Both the position numbers and the translations under genes were made by a program. Shown here piece by piece: positions 44,252-53,334 of a stretch of DNA of 64,000 nucleotides. Source of the DNA: Gemmatimonadales bacterium (GTDB taxonomy: Bacteria; Gemmatimonadota; Gemmatimonadetes; Gemmatimonadales; GWC2-71-9). The notes below the pieces were generated by a model. The model saw nothing but the letters and a program-made list of their open reading frames with translations. It made no database searches and was not told where the DNA came from. How positions within the stretch are numbered: position 1 is the first letter of the stretch; each line of letters starts with the position of its first letter. The stretch is taken from positions 3,776,001 to 3,840,000 of the forward strand of contig OZ252244.1 of assembly GCA_965249575.1 (NCBI GenBank), given 5' to 3'.

Positions 44252-45019
44252 ATGAATGAGCTGCACGACAAGACTGTTCTCCTGACCGGGGCCTCGACGG
44301 GTATTGGTGCTGCAACCGCCTGCGCCCTCGGGCGTACAGGGTGCTACCTCGCCGCGCAGTACCACACGAATGAGGCGGGTGTCCTGGCGGCAACCGGCGA
44401 CGTGGCAAGCGATCACAAGCTCCTGCTCCAGGCCGATTTCTCGCGTCGTAAGGCGGCCGATGCGCTCTGGCAGGCGGCCGTTGCGTGGCGCGGCCGCATC
44501 GACGTATTGGTGAACAACGCGGCGACACTCCGCTTCGAGGGCGGGATCGACGCGAGCGAAGAGGACTGGGACCGGGTTTGGGCCGAGACGCTGCAGATCA
44601 ACGTCCTCGCCCCAGCTCGACTCTTGCGAAACGCTGTCCGGCACTTTCGGGATTCAGGAGGCGGAATCACCGTAACGATGGCGAGTTGGGTTGCACAGCG
44701 AGGCAGCTCGCTTGCAGACTTGATGGCTTACGCCGCCTCCAAGGCTGCCATTTGCGCGGCCACCCAGACGATTGCTCGGAATTTCGCGCGTGACAACGTC
44801 CTGGCCTACGTCATCTCGCCCGGTATGGTGCGTACCCAGATGTCCGAGCAAGCTGCGGAGCGCATGGGTGGAGAGCCGGCAGTCACCGCCAGTCTCGCGA
44901 TGCGCGAGTGGGTGCCGCCGGATGAATTGGCCGAGCTAGTGGTGTTTCTCGCATCCGGGAAATGCCGCCATCTCACCGGCGCGACGCTCGACGTAAACGG
45001 GGCGAGTTACGTGCGGTAG
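44252..45019 (+). CDS. SDR family oxidoreductase
   Basis: TGASTGIG, NNA, YAASK, SPG and TGATLDVNG motifs. Confidence 0.92.
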   Translation: MNELHDKTVLLTGASTGIGAATACALGRTGCYLAAQYHTNEAGVLAATGDVASDHKLLLQADFSRRKAADALWQAAVAWRGRIDVLVNNAATLRFEGGIDASEEDWDRVWAETLQINVLAPARLLRNAVRHFRDSGGGITVTMASWVAQRGSSLADLMAYAASKAAICAATQTIARNFARDNVLAYVISPGMVRTQMSEQAAERMGGEPAVTASLAMREWVPPDELAELVVFLASGKCRHLTGATLDVNGASYVR

Positions 45020-45118
45020 AATCGAGCGCCAAGCGCTAGGCACGAAACGCCGGTGAGCCCCAAAAGAGACCCTTCGCCACGCCATTCGAAATTCGCCAAT
45101 CAATATTCGGCGCTCAGT
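45020..45118. repeat. Degenerate heptamer repeat patches between convergent genes
   Basis: AATCGAG CGCCAAG CGCTAGG CACGAAA CGCCGGT, then ATTCGAA ATTCGCC AATCAAT ATTCGGC GCTCAGT. Confidence 0.5.
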
Positions 45119-46958
45119 ACCCTCGTTCCTTGTTCACGACCGACAGCAACTTCTCCCCATTGGCGAACCGCCTGAGGTTTTCCCGAAATACAAGCCACAA
45201 ACGCTCCATATGATCGTCTGAGTCCCCGCCCAAGTGCGGAGTGATGATCACGTTCTTCATTCCCCAGAGCACGTGATCGGCTGGGAGCGGTTCCGGTTCG
45301 GTGACGTCGAGGCCAGCTCCGGCGAGGCGCCCGTCCCGAAGCGCGCGTACGAGCGCGTCCGTGTCGACGGTCTTGCCTCGGCCAATGTTCAGGAAATAGG
45401 CAGATCGTTTGACCGTCGAGAAGAACCGCTCATCGAGAATGCTTTGGGTCGTGGGAGTCAACGGTAGGCTATTGACCACGACATCGGCATCGGCCGCGAG
45501 GGCGTGCAATTCGGACGAGAGACCGACATAGTCCACGAAGGCGGGCCCCTCGCGACGGCTGGCCCGGGTCGCCACGACCCGCATCCCGAAGCCGTGGCCC
45601 AGTCTCGCGACCTCCGTGCCGATCCCGCCCAGGCCTGCTACAAGCATCGTCTTGCCCCGGAGTTCCAGCAGCTCGCTCCCCGCACCCACGTATGGACTCG
45701 GACCGGTGAGCGGCTCGATGTCCCAACGCCGCTCACGCTGGAGTTCGAGGGCGATGTGGAGGCGGCGCGTGAGCGTTAAGAGCATCGCCATCACGTGCTC
45801 CGCGCCGCCGTGCGCGTAGAGTCGCTGCGCGTTGGTGATGAGAACATTGCTTTCCGCGAGTCCCGGAATCGCGAGGAAGCTCTCGACTCCTGCGGCTGGG
45901 AGCTGCACCCAACGGAGCCGCTCAGCAGCGGCGAACGTCTCCGGCGTGAGCCACCCCAAATACGCGTCTGCATCGCGAACGGCACGCGCTTCTTCGCCCG
46001 CGTCGTCCACCACCACGACCTCGAGTCCGGGAACGGCGAGTCGTAGTTGCTCTGTGCGACCCGGCCAGAGGTCCGACACGACGACCTTAGTAGGTGGCTT
46101 CCAGTTCGGATCATCGTTGAGTGTAGTACCGGCTTCCCGGAGTCCCAGACGGTCGATGAAGGCGTGCGGGGCCTCGAGGCCAACAGACTCCTCATAGATG
46201 TGATCCGCGGTGCCCTCGGGTAGAATGGCCAAAGCGTCCTGGGGAATGCTCGCCGCGATCTGTCCCCGCCCGACTCCGTCGCGGATCGATCGGTCGATTT
46301 GGTTTTTCGCTGCTATCAGGGCCAGGCGGGTCTCGGCGAGAACGTCCGGGCCGGTGACCGAACCATGTCCGGGCACGACCGTCTCCGGCCGCAGGCGCTC
46401 CAGCTGTTCGAGCGCCCTGATCCAGACGGCCGTCGGAACGAGATTGCCATCTCGGCCACCACCCACGAGGTTCCCTGCGAACAACACACCATCAGTGGGA
46501 ACGTGGACGACGACCGATGATTTGCGCGCCCCGTCCCCAAGGTTCAGGACTTCAACCCGCCTGTTTCCATCCTCTAGTACGAAGGGCGATTGAAAGACCT
46601 GCCGGCCATCTCGCGGGTCCGGCGGAATGGGAGAGGATGCGGGGAGTAGCGCCAGCATGCCGGGCGGGACCGCGTACATGGATTCCGTACCCGTCCCCGT
46701 GCGGACCACGAGTGGCGTCCGAGTCGCTGGTGAAGTCCCGATTGCTCGTGCGAGCGCCGCCCACATGGTGGCGGGGCCGGGATCGACGACCAAGTGACCG
46801 CCGTTGACCGAGACCAGCGCAGTGTTTCCACCACCTGCACCCCTGTCTGAGGACCACTCGATGACAGCAATTCCGTCAGTCAGAGGTGCCGCGACCTGAC
46901 CGACAACTGGGATCGGAATAAGCGCCAGCAACGTCGTTATCAGCACAAACCTTTTCAT
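45114..46958 (-). CDS. Signal peptide + degenerate metallo-beta-lactamase-fold domain + D-2-hydroxyacid dehydrogenase fusion
   Basis: MKRFVLITTLLALIP signal; LVVDPG, VLFAGNL and VVPGHG; AGLGGIG, NIGRG, LDVTEPEPL and ITPHLGG. Confidence 0.82.
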   Translation of the reverse strand: MKRFVLITTLLALIPIPVVGQVAAPLTDGIAVIEWSSDRGAGGGNTALVSVNGGHLVVDPGPATMWAALARAIGTSPATRTPLVVRTGTGTESMYAVPPGMLALLPASSPIPPDPRDGRQVFQSPFVLEDGNRRVEVLNLGDGARKSSVVVHVPTDGVLFAGNLVGGGRDGNLVPTAVWIRALEQLERLRPETVVPGHGSVTGPDVLAETRLALIAAKNQIDRSIRDGVGRGQIAASIPQDALAILPEGTADHIYEESVGLEAPHAFIDRLGLREAGTTLNDDPNWKPPTKVVVSDLWPGRTEQLRLAVPGLEVVVVDDAGEEARAVRDADAYLGWLTPETFAAAERLRWVQLPAAGVESFLAIPGLAESNVLITNAQRLYAHGGAEHVMAMLLTLTRRLHIALELQRERRWDIEPLTGPSPYVGAGSELLELRGKTMLVAGLGGIGTEVARLGHGFGMRVVATRASRREGPAFVDYVGLSSELHALAADADVVVNSLPLTPTTQSILDERFFSTVKRSAYFLNIGRGKTVDTDALVRALRDGRLAGAGLDVTEPEPLPADHVLWGMKNVIITPHLGGDSDDHMERLWLVFRENLRRFANGEKLLSVVNKERGY

Positions 46959-47224
46959 CGTATCTCCACGAAACGGATCTGGGCATTGAATGTCGAACGC
47001 CGACGCCAAGATGTCGAGCCGGGCGCCTGCAGCGGGTGGTTCGCGAGCTTTAGCCCAGCTTGTGACGGAATCCGGTCGCGGGTGGTCTTCGACAGGGAGA
47101 CCCGCCGCCTCCTAGTCTCAAACGTGCCAGCCCGAGGATCGATGCCAGCTGACCGACGCTCGACACCAACTCACACTATCCCCCCTTGAAGAGCGCCACC
47201 GCGACTGGCACCTTGTGTCCAGCC

Positions 47225-48130
47225 ATGTCCCAAGACCCAAGCGCTACTCGCTGCGGAACTGTCGTTCTGGCCGGACGTCCGAATGCCGGGAAGTCCTCGC
47301 TATTGAACGCCCTAGTTGGGGAGCGACTCGCCATCACGAGTCCCAAACCCCAAACCACACGTCTGCCGGTCACAGGAGTGCGGACGGAACACGACACACA
47401 GATCGTGTTTATCGATCCTCCTGGATTACTGGAGCCGGAATACGCACTCCATGAGAGTATGCTTGCTGTCGCCGAATCCGCGCTTCGCTCCGCTGACGCC
47501 GTGTTGTACTTGCATCCGATCACTGAAGGGCCGCCTCCGCCGTTCACCGACGTCTTGGGCAATCTCTCTGCACCCCCCAGGCCGCTGATCACGGTCCTGA
47601 GCAAGGCCGACCTCGTGCCGAAGCGACCACGTCCGGACGCGGGATCCGAGACGCTCGCGGTATCGGCCGAAACCGGCGAGGGGCTCGATGCGCTGCTATC
47701 CTGGTGTCGAAAGGAGCTACCGATCGCTCCTTTTCGCTTCGACCCGGACTACACGAGTACTCAACCGGTCCGGTTCTTCGTGACCGAGTATCTGCGAGAG
47801 GCAGCTTTCGACCTTCTCGGTGACGAGGTCCCCTACGCCCTGGCCGCGGTAGTCGACGAGTTCCGGGAGGCAGCGGACCCGGTGTATATTCGCGTAACGG
47901 TTTACGTCGAGCGGGAGTCACAGAAGCGCATTGTAATTGGGCACGAGGGACGCACTATTCGCCAGCTGGGCGTCTCGACGCGGAAGAGAGTCGAGGCGTT
48001 GATCGATCAGCGAGTGTATCTCGACCTCTGGGTCAAGGCGCTCCCGCACTGGCGCCGGAACGAGGGATCGCTCCGCAGCCTTGGCTTTCCGACGCACCAC
48101 GACCGAGGGACGCATGCCCATCGCCACTGA
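47225..48130 (+). CDS. era: GTPase Era
   Basis: [20 protein letters not shown] and EVPY motifs; KH domain. Confidence 0.95.
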   Translation: MSQDPSATRCGTVVLAGRPNAGKSSLLNALVGERLAITSPKPQTTRLPVTGVRTEHDTQIVFIDPPGLLEPEYALHESMLAVAESALRSADAVLYLHPITEGPPPPFTDVLGNLSAPPRPLITVLSKADLVPKRPRPDAGSETLAVSAETGEGLDALLSWCRKELPIAPFRFDPDYTSTQPVRFFVTEYLREAAFDLLGDEVPYALAAVVDEFREAADPVYIRVTVYVERESQKRIVIGHEGRTIRQLGVSTRKRVEALIDQRVYLDLWVKALPHWRRNEGSLRSLGFPTHHDRGTHAHRH

Positions 48131-48284
48131 CCTGCTCGAGATCCTCGTCTGCCCGCAGTGCAAGGGCCAACTGGAATACAAACGCGAGCCGAACGAGCAG
48201 CTCGTGTGCCACTCCTGCCGGCTAATCTTCGCCGTCGAAGATGACATTCCGATCATGCTCGTTGACGAAGCGACGGCCTTCTAA
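48114..48284 (+). CDS. Trm112/YcaR family protein
   Basis: [24 protein letters not shown]. Confidence 0.9.
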   Translation: MPIATDLLEILVCPQCKGQLEYKREPNEQLVCHSCRLIFAVEDDIPIMLVDEATAF

Positions 48285-49251
48285 CCTGGGCCCTCTGCTT
48301 CTGGCGCTCTCGCTGGGTGCCCTGCCATTGACGGCCGAGCAGGACGCCGCACCCGATGCGAGCGGCGCCGCGTTCCTTCTCGTACCGGTCGGAGGCCGGG
48401 CCACCGCGCTGGGGCAGGCGGCGGTCGCGGACGCGGGGAGCAGCGAGGCCGTGTTTTGGAACCCCGCCGGTCTGGGCGCGCTGGATCGGAGCGAGATTGC
48501 AATCCACTACGCATCCACCTTCGCATCAGACAATACCACACTCACAGCCCTGTACGTCGCACGCGGGCTCGGTGCGGTCGGGTTGACGGCCTATCTCGTC
48601 GATTTCGGCTCGCAGGAAGTGGTACCGGGTCCCGGCGTACTCCCTACCGGTCGCGTGAGTCCAAAGAACATTGAGCTCCTCGCGTCCTACGGAACGGATG
48701 TCGGGAGCACCTTGAGCGTGGGGGTGAATTACAAGTTCATACAGTTCCGGCAAGATTGTTCGGGGGACTGCGGGCCGTTCCGCACCGTCGTCGGTACGAC
48801 ACACGGGTTAGACCTCGGGATGCAGTACGTCGTCGGATCCGGTGGCGCGCTTCGAATCGGAGCCGCCGTTCAACACGCCGGGTTCAAACTCCAAGTACAG
48901 AATCGGGATCAGGCGGACGCGCTCCCGACGCGGGTCCAGGTGGGAGCGGCCTACCGCCTCCCCGTGCCGCAGCGACGGGATGCCCAGACCCCGATCGATG
49001 CGAGACTGCTGGTGGATCTCCAAAACACCTGGGGCGAATACGGCACCCCCGACGCGCGCGTCGGGTTGGAGGTGGGTTACGGCGAAGTTCTGAGACTCCG
49101 CTCCGGTTATGCATTCCTCGAGGGCGAGAGCTCGGGACCGTCGCTTGGTATCGGCTTGCGGCTGGGGCGCCTAATGATCGACTTCGCCCGCCTGTTCTTC
49201 GACTCGACGCTCGACGATCCGGCGTACGTCAGCGTTCGCGGCCAGCTGTAA
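48262..49251 (+). CDS. PorV/PorQ-like outer-membrane beta-barrel (TTG start inferred)
   Basis: Signal peptide; [32 protein letters not shown]. Confidence 0.75.
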   Translation: MTKRRPSNLGPLLLALSLGALPLTAEQDAAPDASGAAFLLVPVGGRATALGQAAVADAGSSEAVFWNPAGLGALDRSEIAIHYASTFASDNTTLTALYVARGLGAVGLTAYLVDFGSQEVVPGPGVLPTGRVSPKNIELLASYGTDVGSTLSVGVNYKFIQFRQDCSGDCGPFRTVVGTTHGLDLGMQYVVGSGGALRIGAAVQHAGFKLQVQNRDQADALPTRVQVGAAYRLPVPQRRDAQTPIDARLLVDLQNTWGEYGTPDARVGLEVGYGEVLRLRSGYAFLEGESSGPSLGIGLRLGRLMIDFARLFFDSTLDDPAYVSVRGQL

Positions 49252-49253
49252 CG

Positions 49254-50189
49254 GTGGATGGGCGGCCCACGGTGAGCCGCACCGCTAGGGTCGGAGCGCA
49301 TCGAGTTCGACCGTTCGCCGCCTTGGTTGCTCCGCTCCGGATGGCGGCGATCGTGGTCGCGGCCTCGTTCACTGCAACACCTGCCTGGAGCACGCAAACC
49401 CAAGGAGTCGCCCCGGCGGGGTTGGGCGCGCCGGCCTCCGAGCTGCCCCGATGGTCGGCAATACGGGACTCCTCCGCACCTCGATGGATCGCACCCGTGG
49501 CGTCGGCAATCCTACCAGGCACCGGCCAGCTCCTGCGGGGGCAGGATCGTGGCGCAGTTTACATGGTGGTCGAAGCGTTTTTCGTCGTTCGGTTCTTTTC
49601 GCTCTGGAGTGATGGCCGGCGTGAGCGAACTCGATTTCGCGATCTGGCGTTCAACGTTGCTCGCCGTTCTTTCGCGCCCGTTGCACGCGACACCGTCTTC
49701 GAGTACTTCGAGCAGATGGCCAAGTTCATCGAGAGCGGGCCGGTCGACGTAGATCCCGGGCCCGGCCTGATCCCGCCAACCGACGAGCGCACGTTCAACG
49801 GCAGTATCTGGGCCCTAGCCCGTGAGACGTTCTTCGAGAACCCTGACTCGACGCCGGGTGTTACGACCGACCAGTACCAAAGAGCCCTCGCGTTCTACCG
49901 GGAGCGCGCCGTGGGACCCAATTTTCGATGGTCGTGGCGTAACGCCGGTCTCGAACAGGACCTATTCCGTCAGACCATCCAGCAGAGCGATGAGGCGTTT
50001 CGCCGCGCACAACAGCAGCTAGGATTGCTCCTCGCGAATCATCTGATCAGTGCCGTCGATGCCTTCGTGTCGGAACGCCTGTCACGGCCCGACCGGGAGA
50101 TCCGCATGCGCTCATTCCTGTGGACTGTGCCACGCTGGCCGCACGGCAAGGAACACGGGTTTTCGATATGGGTGCAACTCGCCGTATAG
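49254..50189 (+). CDS. Hypothetical exported protein with SxxLPGxGQ motif (start uncertain)
   Basis: ASAILPGTGQ..GAVYMVVEAF; fills the gap in a co-directional run. Confidence 0.6.
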   Translation: MDGRPTVSRTARVGAHRVRPFAALVAPLRMAAIVVAASFTATPAWSTQTQGVAPAGLGAPASELPRWSAIRDSSAPRWIAPVASAILPGTGQLLRGQDRGAVYMVVEAFFVVRFFSLWSDGRRERTRFRDLAFNVARRSFAPVARDTVFEYFEQMAKFIESGPVDVDPGPGLIPPTDERTFNGSIWALARETFFENPDSTPGVTTDQYQRALAFYRERAVGPNFRWSWRNAGLEQDLFRQTIQQSDEAFRRAQQQLGLLLANHLISAVDAFVSERLSRPDREIRMRSFLWTVPRWPHGKEHGFSIWVQLAV

Positions 50190-50221
50190 AGCCAGGCACC
50201 ACCGAGGGGCCCTCGACAGGT

Positions 50222-50250
50222 TTGACTTATGCGGGTGCTGCACCTAAGTT
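50222..50250 (+). promoter_or_regulatory. Sigma70-type promoter upstream of the GGDEF gene
   Basis: TTGACT-17 nt-TAAGTT, followed by GAGGAG SD. Confidence 0.55.
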
Positions 50251-50282
50251 TGTCCCCTCGTTGACATTACGAGAGGAGACCG

Positions 50283-51239
50283 GTGCGGACGCGTCCGACC
50301 GTCATGTACTTTTCGCCGGCCGAGCGTCCGGTTCCGGACTTGATTTCGGCGTGGGCGGAACGGAAAGAACTGCCTATCGTCCACCTCCGGGATCGTGGGG
50401 ATGTGGAGACAGCAGCTCTTCGCAGTCCCCCTTCGCTCATCATTGTTGATGCTGATGCTGCGGGGCCGGATGGGGCAGCCCTGTGCTGTACGCTCAAAGC
50501 CGATCCCTACACTGCGGTCGTCCCGGTTGCCTTCCTCTCGACACGCCATGCCTCCGATCAAGTGCGCGACTGGTTCGTCACCGGAGCAGATGAGGTCATC
50601 ACACCGCTCTTCGGACCAGCCGAGCAACGAAGCCGGCTGGACGTGCTTCTGGTCCGGACGGAGCGAAATATCACCGTTCAACCTTCCACTCGCCTCCCAG
50701 GCACCACCGAGATCGAGCGGGAGATTCGGCAGCGCCTGGAAACCGAGTCCAAATTTGCGGTCTGTTATGCGGACCTCGACCATTTTAAGGAATACAACGA
50801 CCGGTACAGCTACTATGACGGAGACCGCGTCATCTTCATTCTCTCCCGAATCCTACGCGACGTGGTGAAAGGAACGAGCCCAACCGATGGCTTCGTGGGG
50901 CATATCGGCGGCGACGACTTCATCATGGTTCTCCCCATCACAATCGTCTCTGATGTATGCACGGAAGTGCTCTCGGTTTTCGACAATCTGATCCCGTTTC
51001 AGTACAGCGCGCAGGACCGCCGTGCGGGGTACTTCTTCGGGAAAGATCGCCGCGGGCAGCTGTACCGCGTTCCACTGATGACGTTGTCGATCGGAATCGT
51101 GACGAACGAGCACCGTCATTTCGAGCATCCCGCCCAGGTGAGCGAGTTGGCGACGGAAATGAAGAGTTATGCGAAGACACTACCGGGTTCGGTCTTCGTG
51201 GTTGACCGGCGCCGTGATTCGGCCAGGGAAGACGATTGA
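50283..51239 (+). CDS. Receiver-like domain + GGDEF-family diguanylate cyclase
   Basis: LIIVD..GADEVI; TRLPG, ADLDHFKEYNDRY, HIGGDDF and TLSIG motifs. Confidence 0.88.
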   Translation: MRTRPTVMYFSPAERPVPDLISAWAERKELPIVHLRDRGDVETAALRSPPSLIIVDADAAGPDGAALCCTLKADPYTAVVPVAFLSTRHASDQVRDWFVTGADEVITPLFGPAEQRSRLDVLLVRTERNITVQPSTRLPGTTEIEREIRQRLETESKFAVCYADLDHFKEYNDRYSYYDGDRVIFILSRILRDVVKGTSPTDGFVGHIGGDDFIMVLPITIVSDVCTEVLSVFDNLIPFQYSAQDRRAGYFFGKDRRGQLYRVPLMTLSIGIVTNEHRHFEHPAQVSELATEMKSYAKTLPGSVFVVDRRRDSAREDD

Positions 51240-51263
51240 GCTGGTGAGGGGGTCACGTCTGAC

Positions 51264-52112
51264 ATGAACGTACGCTGCCCTTCGTGTGAAACCGTATACC
51301 GGATCGACCCGGCGAAGGTTCCGTCCGCGGGCATACGAGCGAGCTGCCGGGATTGTTCAGCGATTCTCTCGATCACGCAGTCTGCGGAAACAGCGTCCGT
51401 TAGCAGTCCGGCCGCGACGCAAGCGACTGCCCAACCACCTCCAGCCGCCCCGGTGGGGCCGCAGTCGGCCCCTGGTCCTCCGCCCGCGGCACCTCCCTCT
51501 CCGGCCCCGGCGGCGATCCTTCAGGCTCCAGCTGCCCCACAGCCCGTCCCGGTTCCACCTCCCCTGGACGTGCCCGCAACGGCTGGACCGCCTCCCGCAG
51601 CCCCCGTCACCCCGGTGCCACTTGCGGAAACGCCGCGAGTGACCAAGCCGTTCTCACACACGCGGGCGCCTGAGCCGCCGCCACAACCAGCGGTTAAGAG
51701 GCCGAGCGCTCCGGTGTTCCGGCCCACTCGGCCCGCGCAGCCGATGGCGCCGGTTCCAACACCCAAGGCTGCTCCGGCACCAGCGGCCGCGCCGCCGCAG
51801 CTCGAAGCCGCACCTGCGACTCCCGGGCCGACGAAAACGGCCGCCAGAGCGGTCAATCCCTTCCTCGCACAAGATCCGAAGCAGAAGGCCAGGCGCCTGG
51901 CGCGGGCATTGGTGTCGGACATGATTGTCTACCAGCCGGACAAGCGGCAGCAGGCGCTGCGAGCGGGGAACCTCAAGGACGCCTTCGAGGAAGAAATCAA
52001 GAAGAGCTGGCAGGAGTACGTCGAGCAGGTTGGGGACGAAATGGCCAACTCGACTCCCTTTTTCAACGAGGCGCTCAACGACATTCTCGCGGGGGGACAG
52101 AAGATCTTTTAG
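51264..52112 (+). CDS. MJ0042-type zinc-ribbon protein with Pro/Ala linker and helical C-terminal domain
   Basis: CPSC..YRI..CRDC; long PA-rich linker; ARRLARALVSDM. Confidence 0.8.
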   Translation: MNVRCPSCETVYRIDPAKVPSAGIRASCRDCSAILSITQSAETASVSSPAATQATAQPPPAAPVGPQSAPGPPPAAPPSPAPAAILQAPAAPQPVPVPPPLDVPATAGPPPAAPVTPVPLAETPRVTKPFSHTRAPEPPPQPAVKRPSAPVFRPTRPAQPMAPVPTPKAAPAPAAAPPQLEAAPATPGPTKTAARAVNPFLAQDPKQKARRLARALVSDMIVYQPDKRQQALRAGNLKDAFEEEIKKSWQEYVEQVGDEMANSTPFFNEALNDILAGGQKIF

Positions 52113-52226
52113 GCTGGTGTTAACTCGTGATATGGCCTATATTTGAGCGTCTTCGAGCCGTCGCCCGGCAGTCCATGGGCCGACGGCTCGACTCGTGCGA
52201 GCACCGATGATTGGAGAGGACGTATC

Positions 52227-53334
52227 ATGGTAGAGCAGGTTCTTGAAAGGCTCGAAGACGTGGGTCGCAGGCTAACTGAACTCCGGGGCTTTCTTTGACC
52301 TGGACGCCAAAGCCTCCCGTTTAGACGAGTTAGAAACATCCATGGCGGCACCGGGCTTCTGGGATGATACCGACCGAGCTCGGCAAGCCGTCGACGAGCT
52401 CCGGCGCGTCAGGCAGTGGACCGAGCCGTTCGCCGATCTCAGCCAGCGGACCCAAGAGGCACTCGAGCTTGCGGGGCTCGTGGCCGAGGAGCCCGATGCG
52501 GACGTTGAACGCGGCCTGGCCGAAGAGGTCGACCAACTCCTTTCCGGCGTCCGGCAGCTCGAACTCCAAAACATGCTCCAGGGCGCGGACGACCGACGCA
52601 GTGCACTCGTCACCATTCACCCGGGGGCCGGAGGGACAGAGTCTCAGGATTGGGCGGAAATGCTGATGCGGATGTATACCCGCTGGGGTGAGCGACGTGG
52701 GTACTCCGTTGAGATTCTGGATCTGCTACAGGGTGAGGAAGCCGGCATCAAATCCGTCGCGATGGAGGTACAGGGCGAGTTTGCATACGGCTATCTCAAG
52801 GCCGAGAAGGGAGTCCACCGGCTCGTCCGCATTTCGCCGTTCGACGCACAGGCCCGGCGCCACACCTCGTTCGCGTCGATCTTCGTGTATCCCGTCGTGG
52901 ACGACACCATCGCGGTGGACCTCCGTGAGGAAGACATCGAAATGGAGGTCTTCCGTGCGTCCGGAGCCGGCGGCCAGCACGTCAACAAGACCTCGTCCGC
53001 GGTTCGTTTGCGCCACCTGCCCACCGGGATCGTCGTCTCGTGCCAGCAGGAGAGAAGCCAGTATAAGAACCGGGCGACGGCGATGAAGATGCTCAAAGCG
53101 GGGATCTACCAGCGGGCGCTGGACGAGCAGGAAAAGAAACGCGCAGCGCTGGAGGCCACCAAAACGGACAATAGCTGGGGGAACCAGATCCGGTCGTACG
53201 TGTTCCAGCCGTATACCATGGTCAACGACCATCGCACCGAGCTCAAGGTAGGGGACGTGCAGTCCGTGATGGACGGTGAGATCGACACGTTTATTGAGGC
53301 ATTCCTCAAGCGATACGGTGGAAACACCAGATGA
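52227..53334 (+). CDS. prfB: Peptide chain release factor 2 (programmed +1 frameshift at CTT TGA C, 52293-52299)
   Basis: A 23-codon first frame MVEQ..RGFL ends at TGA; the +1 frame continues to SPF and GGQ motifs. Confidence 0.97.

Noticed and set aside
33486..45019. Selenoprotein via TGA readthrough in the cluster
   Set aside because: The TGA stops checked end complete domains, overlap the next start, or are doubled (39017-39022); no in-frame homologous continuation was seen.
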